A stretch of DNA of 61,095 nucleotides, the filler included. It is 14 parts of 14 records of this genome, joined end to end, with 100 filler letters (N's around TTAATTAATTAA, not from the genome) between each part and the next. Parts side by side here need not be neighbours in the genome. Positions count along the whole stretch, not along the records: positions 9,242 to 13,166 come from SRR7504441_20057; positions 13,267 to 17,627 come from SRR7504441_20066; positions 17,728 to 23,798 come from SRR7504441_20102; 11 more parts are not named here. The stretch is one strand, 5' to 3'. The notes beneath the pieces were generated by a model that saw nothing but the letters and a program-made list of their open reading frames with translations, searched no databases and was not told the DNA's origin. The translations under genes were made by a program, and so were the position numbers. Positions 9,647-20,768 of the stretch are shown here, piece by piece (position 1 is the stretch's first letter; the number at the start of each line of letters is the position of its first letter).

Positions 9647-11920
9647 TCACGATGCATTGGGTGCTGCCGCAAAAACAGCCTGTGAAGCTGCCTCCTGCCA
9701 GTGCAAAAGCGTGAGCGTTGTGACACCGATAGCGTATAGTGCGCTAGCACCTGCGATGCTAACTCCTTTGCCCGAAGTTCAACTTGCTCTAAGAATCTGT
9801 CCAACACCTAGAATCGAGAGTCAGCTCCAAGCTTGGGGTCGGTGATGAGTCACAATGATGTCTGCCTCATTGGAACTTTCAGTCCGAAGTAGATGCAGGC
9901 ATGCGAATGCAATCCCATACAATTTACGCGCTTTTTGGCCATCTGTAAGTAGTTCGAAGCTAGCCGCTTCTCGCCCCTACTAGCATGTCAGAGGACGAAT
10001 CCAAATGTGCTGTGCTACCATAGCGAGAGCGGTTTCATACAGGATCTCTTCTGCTGTTTGGCCATCCTCTGTATTGGGAAGTCCATCGGTAAGACCATTA
10101 GCCTTGTCATAAACTTTGGTGAACAGATCCTGCATTCGGATCAGTAATTCTAAAGGCAACAAACTATTTGTTGCAAGACCTTGGCTTCCGTGATGTGATG
10201 CGAATGACAAGCTGATCCAATCACATTCTGAAGAAGCTGAAGGCACTTTATGTACAGTGCAAGTGCATCACGCGGATTGTGTTGCACCTGGAACCCAGCA
10301 GCGTGATACAGCACTGCAATAGAGCCTACCATGGCATTGGCAATCTCCATGACTACAGTAGCCTGACTATGGCTTGCGTTTGCTAGATCTGCCTCATCCG
10401 AGGCTCGCTCCTGCTGGAGCACTTTTTTGTTGGCCGCAGCTGGCTTGTTCATCAAGTTGGACACCATTCTATCTATGCTATCCATCATCAAGCACTCGCC
10501 AGACTCCCCCCGGTTCTGTAGCACTAGTCCTGCACGCTTGATGGGTCCTGACGGCGGACTTGCCACCTGCAGCAGCAACAAGTCACTCCAAACCCATCCC
10601 TGCTTGGCACCAGCACATAATCGTCTGTCAAGTCAGCTGCTCGCTTGGTCTGTATCGGGCCTGGCCCGTGGGGGGCTAGTTCGATTGAGTTTGGCTGTTT
10701 CAGGCCTGCAACCACCCTCAGTCGCGCCCTTCGTGGCATGCGATCAAGCACCTGGATCAGCGATGGCTGGGTCCACCGTGACAGTCTTGCTCACCGGCTG
10801 CCGAGCCTCAGCACTGCTATTCGAGCTTTCTCCAGCTGCGTCGTCCGCATGCAGGAACGGGTGAGCCAGGCAATCGTGAGCTGACGCCCGGTGTGCTGGG
10901 TCCTTTTGAAGCAGCCTGGTCAGCAGGTCCTTGCATTGCGCCGATGTCACGCCATCACAACTCGGTGGGAGGCTCCACTTCTGCCAACAACCGCAGCTCA
11001 ATGACAGCCGTTGGCAATCAAGCTTGGTTCGTCCGGACCTTCTTTTTTATGTTCTCCAGCAGGTGGATGTAGTTGTCTCCATGGTACGGCGGCTTGCCAC
11101 TGATCATCTGGAACAGGATCGTACCACTCGACCACACATCGGCTTTCAGGTCGTACTTCTGGCTCGAGAGCACCTCAGGCGCCTGCGCCCGGTCGGCCAG
11201 CGGGGCTGGGGCACGCACCATGTACAGAGGCGAGCCGCACATTGTGTCGGCCAGCGTGGTCGGCTGGATCATCCGAGCAAAACCAAAGTCCCCGATCTTC
11301 ACAACCGCCTGCGCCTGCGGTCAGCCAGGCTGTGTGCGGGCCATCGACCGAGCCGGAGTCCTTTGAGAGCAGCAGATTGTGCGGCTTCAAGTCGCGGTGA
11401 ATCAGATTCTGGTCCTGAAGATAAGCAATCCCAGTGGCTGCCCACAGCGTGAGCCGCGACGGCCAGGCGGCCGACCGATGTGCCGCATGAACCCGCGGGC
11501 GATGTTCTCGGGCAGGTGCCCGCCGCGCTTCTTGAGGAATCCGGCCAGGTCGCCCCCGCCGCAGAACTCCATCACCAGGTAGACGTGCTCCCCGTTGGCC
11601 GGCCGCTGGACGGCGTGCAGCTCGACTATGTTCGGGTGGGAGTGCTCGAGCAGGATGCTGATCTCGAGCTGGCCCCGGGTGATCCCCTGGCCCCACTGGC
11701 CCCGCACCTGCAGGTTGTGCAGCAGCTTCTTGTTGAGCTTGCGCACCTCGACCGCCTGCACCATCCTCGTCCCCCGCCCGCCCCGCCCGCCCACCTTGAT
11801 CGCGACGGGAGTCCCGTCGGCCGTCCGTCGGCCGGCGTAGACGGTGGCGAAGGAGCCGGCGCCGATCTTGTTGGCCGGGGATTGGTCGAGCTCAAACTCG
11901 CCGACCGGGACCAGCGGCAT
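9647..11920 (-). CDS. ATG1: ATG1/ULK-family Ser/Thr kinase with C-terminal MIT-like helices, multi-exon
   Basis: IGAGSFATVY, HPNIV, MEFCGGGDL, IHRDLKPHNLLL, KIGDFGFAR, TMCGSPLYM|APE; C-terminal ALALYIKCLQLL and AEEILYETALAM; introns 11756-11794, 11669-11707, 11183-11218, 10981-11038 and others. Confidence 0.85.
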
Positions 11921-12142
11921 CGGACTGGAGCTCGCCGCAAGCTCTGGGCCCACCGGGCAGACTGCTAACTCGGTTCAGCTGGCGGGTGCGTCGGCGCAGG
12001 GGGACGCAAGCTGGCAATATCGGATGGTTGGTTGATATCAAGTCTTGTATTAAGTCCGTTGCCCGTTCCGTTAAATCAGAGTCCGTTGCGAACCAATGGC
12101 GCGCTATATATAAGAGGCCTCAATCACAGCAAAGGCGTGGGG

Positions 12143-12735
12143 ATGTCTAGGCCGAGCACCTCGGCTGGGACCAAGCAAGCCGGGCAGCTCAGCCCGGAGC
12201 AACTAGCCCACCGGATCCTGCACAAGGCCGACCGGATCACAGTCAACAGCCGGCTGACTCTGTCCGAGCTCGAGGCCTTCATGCCCGGCGAGCCGTTCAC
12301 CGCCTGGATCCAGCCAAAGTTCCGGGAATTTGACCGGGACAAGGACGGCTGCCTATCGATGCCGGAGCTCCAGGCCGCCTGCGCTGACTTCGTCCAGCAG
12401 TCCAAAGCCACAGTTGAACGGGTGCCGGGCTCACTGTTGGGGCTGACGCACTGATCGGTGCAGAGTGCATCGCCGCGCTGGGCAGACAAGCTCAACCCTT
12501 TCTTCAAGCCCGGAATGGATAAGGCCAACGCCTTGCTGATGGTGCCAGCTGCCGGCTGGCGCGGCTGACGACTGTGCGCAGCACTCGGGCTACGTGGAAG
12601 ATAAAGGCTAACGACGACCTTCGGGATGAAGCGAACGCCCCAGAGCCTTCAAACAGGGCTACTAAGAATAAGCGTTTTGATATGATGCGCACTCAAGATC
12701 AAGAGCGATGGCCTGTCCCTGAGAGCAGCCTGTAG
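12143..12735 (+). CDS. EF-hand protein (spliced; 3' end uncertain)
   Basis: FREFDRDKDGCLSMPEL canonical EF-hand loop; short introns downstream. Confidence 0.6.
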
Positions 12736-12782
12736 CTGCCAGACTTTGCACAACACAGGAGCTTCAGTGTATCCTTTAGTGT

Positions 12783-13166
12783 TTTATGGGTGGCTTGTCC
12801 CCAAAAGCTGCAAGCTTTGCACAGGAGACCATATGTTAGCAGCACAAGATCGGAGAGCGAAGTGATCGAACGCAGGTGCAAGATAGCCTCATCTAAGTCT
12901 TTTGCCATTTTCACAGTTTCCAGATGAGGGCTGGGAGCGCCCCCAGATGGGAACACCCTTGCGATCCGTGCCACAAGGTGGCATCTTTTGGGGACACCTC
13001 GCTGGCAGTTGAAACCTGCTCTCCTTGATGGACTGAGAATAGTCAGGCCCCCAACAGCGCGGGCTTCGCGGACTTCAACGTGCCTGGAGAAGGGCGAGAG
13101 CCCAAATATGGAACCACAGCACCGAGAGACCACATGACAGAGACTAGAGGAACTCAGTCCCTACTA
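12783..13166 (-). CDS. 3' end of an unknown gene running into the contig edge
   Basis: Frame MAKDLDEAILHLRSITSLSDL followed by a 38-nt GT-AG intron-like segment and a short terminal exon. Confidence 0.3.
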
Positions 13167-13268
13167 NNNNNNNNNNNNNNNNNNNNNNNNNNNNNNNNNN
13201 NNNNNNNNNNTTAATTAATTAANNNNNNNNNNNNNNNNNNNNNNNNNNNNNNNNNNNNNNNNNNNNAT

Positions 13269-15334
13269 TCACGCTAAGCTTACACGCTTTAGATCTGATT
13301 GCCCAAAGCGACCACGCTTAATGACACTAATACATTCTTTCTCAGCGCCAGGGGCTGCTCTCTTCTTTGCGACCTTATCGTCGTGTACTGGCCTCCGATT
13401 CAGCGAGCAAGTGCAACTGAATGGCCGTGGGCACTTTTTGAGCTGCCCGTGGTGAGGTTGGGTGAGCCCGCTGTGCGCATAGAACACCGTCGAGATCCGA
13501 TTGGGCGCCGCCAAGTTTGGGCTGTGCTGCCTCGAATTCGCATGTAGCAGCTCCCGCGCATTCATCAAAACCATGCTGCCGCTCGGAAGCTTGAGTGACA
13601 CACCTGCTCCAAGGCTCACTGCAGTCACGGCCGCTGGATGCAGCCTCACCAGGTGTCTCCGCGCCATCAGCTAGGATATCCAACAGCATGTACCGCGACA
13701 TGTCTGCCTCAGTGCACAGCACGCACATGGCAGCCGCTGCCCCTGCCATGTCACTGGAATCCCTGTGTGGGTGGGTCGCGTGGTCGATATTCACTTCGCA
13801 TGCCGCAAACAGGCTCGCAAAGTGCCCCGGAAAACGGCAGTCAGCCCCTTGAATGCTCGCAGCCCTTAGTACGTCTGCAGCCCCTTTGGCAACAGCACAC
13901 ATCTTCTGCCCAGCCAGCTGCCAGCCAGTCAGACCCTCTCCGCTGGGCACGCGCACCTCGGCTAGCTTAAGCACAGTCTGCACAAGATCAGCCTGCACCT
14001 CTGGCGGCACTGAATCTGGCAGCGGCATGCTCGGGCCTTTGTGCCCAAATCTGGACATGATACAGCCAAACCTAAAGCCGGCGCCAGCAGTGGCCGGATT
14101 GGGGCCCTGGCACACGCTGCAATGAGCCGACTGCTCAGCGGCCTGCTGGCGCCGGCTCAGCACTTGCTGGAGCGTGGGTGGCTCATCTGGCTGGACTGGA
14201 CTGGCAGGAGGGGCGGGCGTCGCAGGCTCTTCCGTATCATTGGTCAGGCCAGCGGTGCACAGATGACACAGGTAGTCGGAGTCGGCCGAGACCCGGGTGC
14301 GGGTGTGCCTCTGATGGCGCCAGGCACACTCTGTATGCGACCAGCGCAGGCAGCGGGAGCACTCGACCATCTCCTGCCCATCGTCCAGGCCCACACCTGA
14401 CAGGCCACAGGCACAGTCGACCACCCAGTCCTTTGAGGGGAGCAGCAGCTTGACTCCACCCGGCAGCGGCATTTCGGGGCTCTGACAGTAGCGGATGAGC
14501 CGTCTGCGGGTGGCGTTGGCCTCGATCAGCTTGGCTAGATCTATCCCGTGCGCCTCGGCCACCTGTGCCATGCTGCTGCTCGCCCCCCGCGGCACCTCGT
14601 GTACCTCCAGCCCGGTCAGGCCCTTTGCATAGGCCAGCACACCTCACAGCCGTCAGCTGCGGTGTCCGGAGGGATCAGCAGCTCCGTCGCCCGCCTGAGA
14701 AGCACGTCCAGACTGCAGCAGCAATCAGGCCAGCCCCGAGCCTTGAGTGCCTGAGCCCAGCCAGTCGCGGCTTGTTCATCGCCAGCACCAGCATCGGGTC
14801 GATCGCCAGCCGTTTGGCCACGCTGCGCACCGTCTCGTCCTCCTCGCACAGGTATGTCGGGCGCTCCGGGCCCAACTCCTCCTCCGACGGCACAGCCGGC
14901 AGCAGCTCAGTGCCCATCAGATATGCCCGTGAGCAGCCCCGGTGGCGGGCCGTCCCATGGCTGCCCAGCTGGGCCAGGCTGCCCATCGCGGCCGCCGCTT
15001 CCTGCCCCGGCAGGGCCTCCCATAGCACCACGCAGACCGCCGCCCACACCCCGCCGGGCAGCTCACAGCAGAGCACAGTGGCCGGGGCATCAGCCCGGGA
15101 GAGCTCAGTGCAAAGCTCGAGCAGCAGGTCCAGGTCGCACTGGCCCAGCTCGCCGGCCCGGTCCTCGATCTTGGCCAGACGCCGGGCCTCGGCCTGCTTT
15201 CGGCCCAGCACCGACACCGGCACGCAGCTCACCGCCAGCCCTCCCAGCCCGGTGCGCACCGCCTCGGCCAGCGCCTCCATGCTGGACGCGCTCGCGAGCC
15301 CCCAGGCAGGCAGCGGGAGCGGTTCGCCTTCCAT
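13269..15334 (-). CDS. TET/JBP-family 2OG-Fe(II) dioxygenase (animal-TET-like) fused to two LysM-like domains and a PHD finger
   Basis: CSVCQGPNPATAGAGFRFGC, HPHRD (HxD, 13759-13767), ELLHANS (His 13542-13544), NRISTVFYAH..LTQPHHG; PHD DCACG..DDGQEMVECSRCLRWSHTEC..YLCHLC; introns 14713-14750, 14605-14642, 13918-13956, 13604-13649. Confidence 0.85.
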
Positions 15335-15402
15335 TGATCCGCCCAGCCTCCCGCCACAAGCCGTTAGATTCGGTTGACCCCGCTCGGCGGCGAGGCAGCA
15401 GT

Positions 15403-16216
15403 TTGAGGACACTGGCGTGGCGGGCGTTCGACCAGCTGACGCGGCGTCGGCCGCTTCTGGTCAAGTGCACGGCAGGTCAGGCCGGGGGCCGGTGTCTGGC
15501 TGGAGGGGCCCGCAGGCGGGATCCTGGCCGGGCTGGGCGACCTGGGCGCCCAGTGGCTCGAGCAGCGCGGCACCGGCCGGTTCGAGCCGGACCCGCGGCG
15601 GCTGGGCGCGCTGGTGCTCTGGCGGGTCAGCTTCCACACCCCGGTGGTGCACGTGTGGTGGGCGCCGCCCCGGTCCCAGCCAACGCCCCGGCCCAGGTTC
15701 AACACGCTGGATCGGTTCGTGACCGGCACCGGCTGGGCATCCGTGGCAAAGAAGATAGCAATGGACCAGCTGCTGCTCTCGCCTGCAGTACACAGCTTCT
15801 TCTTCCCATACATGGCGCTGGCCGAAGGTGCCCGCTCCAACCTCGGGCGCCCGATGGCTGCGCCGCAGGTAGGACGGCCGCCGAGGGTCTGGAGCGGTTT
15901 CAACTCAACTTTGTGTCGCTGATGAGCACGAGCTATTGCTTCTGGCCGGCAGTGCACACTGTCACCTTTACGAGTGTGCCCCTGCATCACAGGTGCCTGG
16001 CTCGATGGTACAAGACTCAGCAACGCGTGCAGGGTGATGTTTGTCAATGTGTGCTCGATGGTGTGGATGGGGATCCTCTCGCACTACAATCAATCAGCTA
16101 CTAAAAAGTCGAAAAGCTTGGACAGTGCAGCCGACCGAGCCAACACTCTGTCTGATGATGACAATGGGTACTCCAATGAGGTTGAACCTAAGTGCGTGAC
16201 GGATGCATCTAGCTAG
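15403..16216 (+). CDS. Mpv17/PMP22-family membrane protein, 4 introns; start codon unclear
   Basis: AWRAFDQLTRRRPLLVKCTAG|GILAGLGDLGAQ, KKIAMDQLLLSP, FWPAVHTVTFTSVPLHHR|VMFVN. Confidence 0.85.
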
Positions 16217-16350
16217 CATGCTCATTAGATCGATGACGCAACAGAATATTCGCACTCGCTGATCGACGTACTGTACGAGGACCGGCTAGAAACCCCACCG
16301 ACAATGTTTAAATCGGCATTCGAAATTTTGTGCACGGTTGCAAATGCCCT

Positions 16351-17298
16351 TTATTGCTCTTCTGTGGTGGATTGCATCTTTTTGAGCTCATCTCTAAAGA
16401 ATTCGATTTGGCTGTTGTTGTCTTCGATCGACTTCATGGCCTTAGAGTGCTCCTCCCGAATCCGAGTGAGCGTATCGTTATTCTCGCGGGCGGCTGTATG
16501 TTTGGCTGCCTCGAGTGTGTCCGCCTGCCCGAGCTCAGCGGCACGCCCACGCCGACCGCGCACCTCATTCTGCAGGACTGCCACTTCCTTCTCTGCTTCC
16601 GCTATCTGTCAGAGCAGAGCTCAGCGACGCGAACTGGCAGGGCGCACGTGGCTGCGCAGGCTCAGGATCTCCTCGTCGCTCTCCCAGGCAGTGTTGGTAA
16701 CATGGTCCACACTGCCCTCGAACACCGTGCGGTAGGCGTCGATTGTCAGTCGATACTGGTCCTGCGCCCGCTGCAGCATTGTCCCCCGCTCGATGCACTC
16801 GTGGGTCACCCGCCGGATTATATCATCTGCCCGCCCGCTCGCCCTCGACCGCGGGGCCTCGCACCGAAACAGTTGGTGAACAGCTCCCGACGCACCGGGC
16901 AGATCCCGTCCAGCCTGGCCTGCTTGTCTGCGAGATCGTGGTCCAGTTTGTTCTGCAGCGCCTTGAGCGCCGGCTCCCACCGGCCGGCACCGTCAGTGTG
17001 AGCGCGTCGATACGGGGCGATTCGTTGGCCAAGTCGAGCGCGCGGCCCAGATTGGCCGGCGGGCGGGACGACGAGCTAAGCTCCCCCCTGCGCCGCAGCT
17101 CAGGCGAACCTGCAGCACCGGCGCACCGGCGGGCTTTGTTGTGGTTGAGGGCCTTGGGGGCCGGCTGTCGCGCAGACTGAGCGGCTGCTGAGCGGGCAGG
17201 CGCACCGTCGGGCGCTCGACCCCGTGCGAGTACAGGGGCGCGTTGGCGGCCTGTCGGGCAGCCGAGATGCGGAGCTCGGCCAGCAGACCGCCGCTCAT
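16351..17298 (-). CDS. Axonemal dynein light intermediate chain (p28/DNALI1)-like, 6 short introns
   Basis: Spliced KLDHDLADKQARLDGICPVRRELFTNCF|DDIIRRVTHECIERG. Confidence 0.8.
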
Positions 17299-17382
17299 CG
17301 CCACTGATATTCTGGGAAGCGACAACGGACTTCAGCCAGAGCATGGAAAGAGCAGCGAGGCGGGCCTTGTGATGCTGCGGTG

Positions 17383-17627
17383 ATGTCGTTGCACTCGCGC
17401 AACCAGCTGCTGCCGCCCTCGCGTGGCCCTCTGACCAAGGAGAACCTCGAAGCCTGGGGCAAGACCTCGTTCCGCGACCTCGAGGATCCCAACTCGACCC
17501 GCTCGACCTTCCGGGTGCCCCGCACTGTTCTCGTGGCCGCACCGGCCCCGGGCACTCAGTGAGTGGGTGCTACTGCAGAGGAGGCGCAAGCATAAGTTTC
17601 GGATCAACGCCAAGGGCTCAATCACCC
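17383..17627 (+). CDS. 5' exon(s) of an unknown gene cut by the contig end
   Basis: MSLHSRNQLLPP... ORF divergent from the DNALI1-like gene, followed by a GTGAGT donor. Confidence 0.4.
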
Positions 17628-17727
17628 NNNNNNNNNNNNNNNNNNNNNNNNNNNNNNNNNNNNNNNNNNNNTTAATTAATTAANNNNNNNNNNNNNNNNN
17701 NNNNNNNNNNNNNNNNNNNNNNNNNNN

Positions 17728-18925
17728 CTTCTCCTTCTTCTCCTTCTTGCTCTTCTTCTCACTCTTCTCCGCAACCGCACTCGCTGCCTTTGCCCGCTTG
17801 GCCTGCGAAGGCGACCCGGATTGCTCACGTGCCCTTTTCTTGGACGATCCCTGCTTGTCTACCTGCATGGGCGCATCGTCGTCGTCCTCCACCTCGTAAT
17901 CCTCCTGACAGCACCGGTCAGCGCGCCCGGGCCAGCCGCTCGCACCTCGTTCATCCACTCGTTGAACTCCATTGAGTCTTTCAGGAACCGCGCATGCAGC
18001 TTCCACTGAGCCGGATTCATCGGAGGCTCCGCCTCGCCCTCCACTTCGCTCTTCGGGAGCCACTCGTCGTAGCTGTCCGGGTAGTACCACCAGTGCGCCA
18101 GCGACAGGTCGCGCCCGGGGCTCAGCTGCCCCCAGGCTCAGCAACGGCCGGTGCGCAGGCCACCTCGACTTCTCTGCAGTAGTCTGCCGCGTCGTCCTGC
18201 GCTGGCAGGTCTGGCAGCATGATGTGCGTGGCGTCCGCCTCGTCCTCGACCAGCTGCCCACCGTGCGAGAAGCTGCGCACCACCTCCGCGCACATCTTGG
18301 CCGTCTGCCCCGCCGATCGGGCGCTGGCCAGCTGATGCGCCACCTGAGGGTCCAGGCTGGGCGACAGAAAGAACTTTCGGACTTTGATCAGCCCGCGCGC
18401 CTCCACCTCGCGCAGCACCGCCGAGTACCTGCCCAGCCCGGTCCGGCCCCAGCGGCTGGGGGGGGCACATCTCCATGTTCTTGTCGCGCTTCGACGGAGT
18501 GGTGAAGTCGAACCGGCGGGCGCCGTCGTCCTGGGCTTTGATCTGGCAGAGCTTGTCCAGGATGGCGAACAGGCTGCCCTGCTCCGAGTAGTCTGTGAAC
18601 AGCCGTGCCTCCAGCTTGCTGGTCATACGCGGCTTGGGCGACTGCGCACCAGCCAACTCAGGGGCAGGGCGGCTGGCCGTGCACCGAGCGGCCGAGCGTG
18701 TCCTCCATGTACTGGCGGAACGACCAGACCACCATCCCCAGCGCCTTAGCGTTCTTGACCTCCGGCTCGTCCGGGTGCTTGTCTTGCAGCGCTTCGCAGA
18801 CCGGTTCTAGCTTGCTCACCACGTGCGAGTACTCGTAGAATTTCTTCTGGCAGCACACTGGCCCAGCACCGATCAGGCCCAACCTGCCCAGCAGGCCGCG
18901 CCCCACCCTTGAGGCGAGCTGCCAT
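17728..18925 (-). CDS. SMARCC: SWI/SNF subunit SMARCC1/2 (BAF155/170), N-terminal module, 3'-truncated
   Basis: KKFYE, FRQYMEDTLGR, RRFDFTTPSKRDKNMEM, HWWYYPDSYDEW, LKDSMEFNEWMNE|EDYEV; about six 37-41-nt introns. Confidence 0.85.
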
Positions 18926-19566
18926 CGCGCTCGTCCCCGCTCTCACACACCCAGGCCTGTATCAGGCGCGTCGACCGGGGGAGTCGAGTGCGGTTGTGAG
19001 CTGAAACCACTCCTGCCCGGTGCCGCCAAGGCGTTCGAGTCGGGCTGTCAACGGACCTGTCCGTTGAATTGAGCGGTCTTGTCAGGCTTCATTTAGGACA
19101 TGTACGTACGCATGTATGCGTGCGACGCGTGCGAGTCTCAATCATTCTCTAGCTTTGATCCGGGCGGTACTTGGTCGCTCGCACGGCCAAGGTGGCGCAC
19201 GTGCACTTGACTGCACCCGACTCTGGAGCCACGCGACTCGGCGACTGCGTAGTTGTGCTGTGTGTGTATAGTGCGGCCGCAGCGCAGCTCGCTCTAGGCC
19301 GGATGCCGCGCCGCGCGCGAGATGAAATACCTGCGGTTCGAGAACGAATCCTTCGCTCAACTTCTAAAGGGCTCCATAGTATGAGCCTTCTCTGCAACTC
19401 TGCAACTCTGAGTCTTCTTCCGTTGCCTCTCTCCAACGGCAAGGAGCGTTGTTTGGCCATAGAAGCCACACTGCCTGGCAGTCGCAAGGGGCACGCCTGG
19501 AGCAGAGCTGCGCTGTCGGATGTACGCTGCCGCATCATCTAGGTTGAGACAGAGCGACATATTATA

Positions 19567-20379
19567 ATGACCAGTAAATCGCGCAAGCGCACCCAGTCCC
19601 GGCGGGATCCCTCCCCGGCGGATCAAGGCCGCAAGGACCCAACCGACATCCCCAACCCAGGCCCGATTGCCACCGCCCAAATCCCAAAGGCGAAGCAGTC
19701 CACCTCGCCCAATTCCTCGCCCAAGCTACAACCCCAACATGACGACTCGGATGAAACAGACGGCAAGGCCCATTTAGGCAAAAACAAGCGGCCGGATTTG
19801 ATCGGAACCCGGCCATGCGAGCGATTCCTTAACGGGCACTGCAACTTTGGCAAGGACTGCTGGTTTGTGCATGACGTAGAGGCCCGCGACCAGGCCAGAG
19901 CCTCGGGCTCGGGCCCCAGCCCGGCCCAGCTAAATAAGAGCTCAACGGACTTGGAGCTAGACGGCCCCCCCAAACCTAGAATCTCGTTAGCCCCCACAAA
20001 CCCGTGGGGCCGGAAGGCGTCGGAGGACGAGTACGGGGAGGAGCTGGCCATAGGCGACAACATGAGCGAGTCTGGGCTGGAGCTGAGCGACAGTCTGAGC
20101 TACAAGTTAGGAGTGGATCTAGACTCGGCGCGGCCGCATCATGACGCGGGGTCTTACCAGTCAACCGACAGACCCAACGGATGCGATAGTTCCCTGCCGC
20201 CGGCGACCCCAAGCACCCAGCCGGCGCTGGGAGTGTTTAGTGTGGTGGACATGTTAGCAAACGTGAGGAGTACCTTGTTCCAGGACGCCATCTCACGAGG
20301 CGTTTGTATACCAGGATTTTTGCATAGTAGTGCCCACAATAGAGGCCAGAATTTGGACCAGCAGGTGTCGTCAGAATGA
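19567..20379 (+). CDS. CCCH zinc-finger protein, otherwise low complexity
   Basis: CERFLNGHCNFGKDCWFVH (C-x8-C-x5-C-x3-H). Confidence 0.7.
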   Translation: MTSKSRKRTQSRRDPSPADQGRKDPTDIPNPGPIATAQIPKAKQSTSPNSSPKLQPQHDDSDETDGKAHLGKNKRPDLIGTRPCERFLNGHCNFGKDCWFVHDVEARDQARASGSGPSPAQLNKSSTDLELDGPPKPRISLAPTNPWGRKASEDEYGEELAIGDNMSESGLELSDSLSYKLGVDLDSARPHHDAGSYQSTDRPNGCDSSLPPATPSTQPALGVFSVVDMLANVRSTLFQDAISRGVCIPGFLHSSAHNRGQNLDQQVSSE

Positions 20380-20768
20380 TAGCACCGACTAGATGTTGTT
20401 AAGTGCCAGTATGCGGCAGTAGGACCAGAACTACATTTTACGGATAGCCAGTGATTAAGTTTGCTCTTACACAAATAAATTAATGAAGCGAAGGATTTTC
20501 GGAAGTCGACATACCAACCCCGCCTCTAATCGGTACTATGTACGATCACACACTATAGTTGTGCCAATGATTTTTATTAGATTTTTATCAAGCTGCGGCT
20601 CAAGATGCGATGTGGCAATTCACGAATGTTTTGTCTTCGATGCGTGAGCGCTTGCCAGCTTATACCAGCAGAGCTGACCACGGCTGACAGCACTACAACC
20701 CTAAGCCTAGATCTACTTGTAAGATAAAGCTCCGAGCCTTGTAGAGGCCCCACCTAGGCTCTGACAGA

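Noticed and set aside
14854-16104. Long overlapping or antisense ORFs rich in R/G/P/A (many in the track)
   Set aside because: Shadow ORFs expected at high GC; no recognisable motifs.
19567-20379. CCCH ORF as retroelement gag/ORF1
   Set aside because: No RT, integrase, terminal repeats or TSD found; CCCH rather than a CCHC knuckle.
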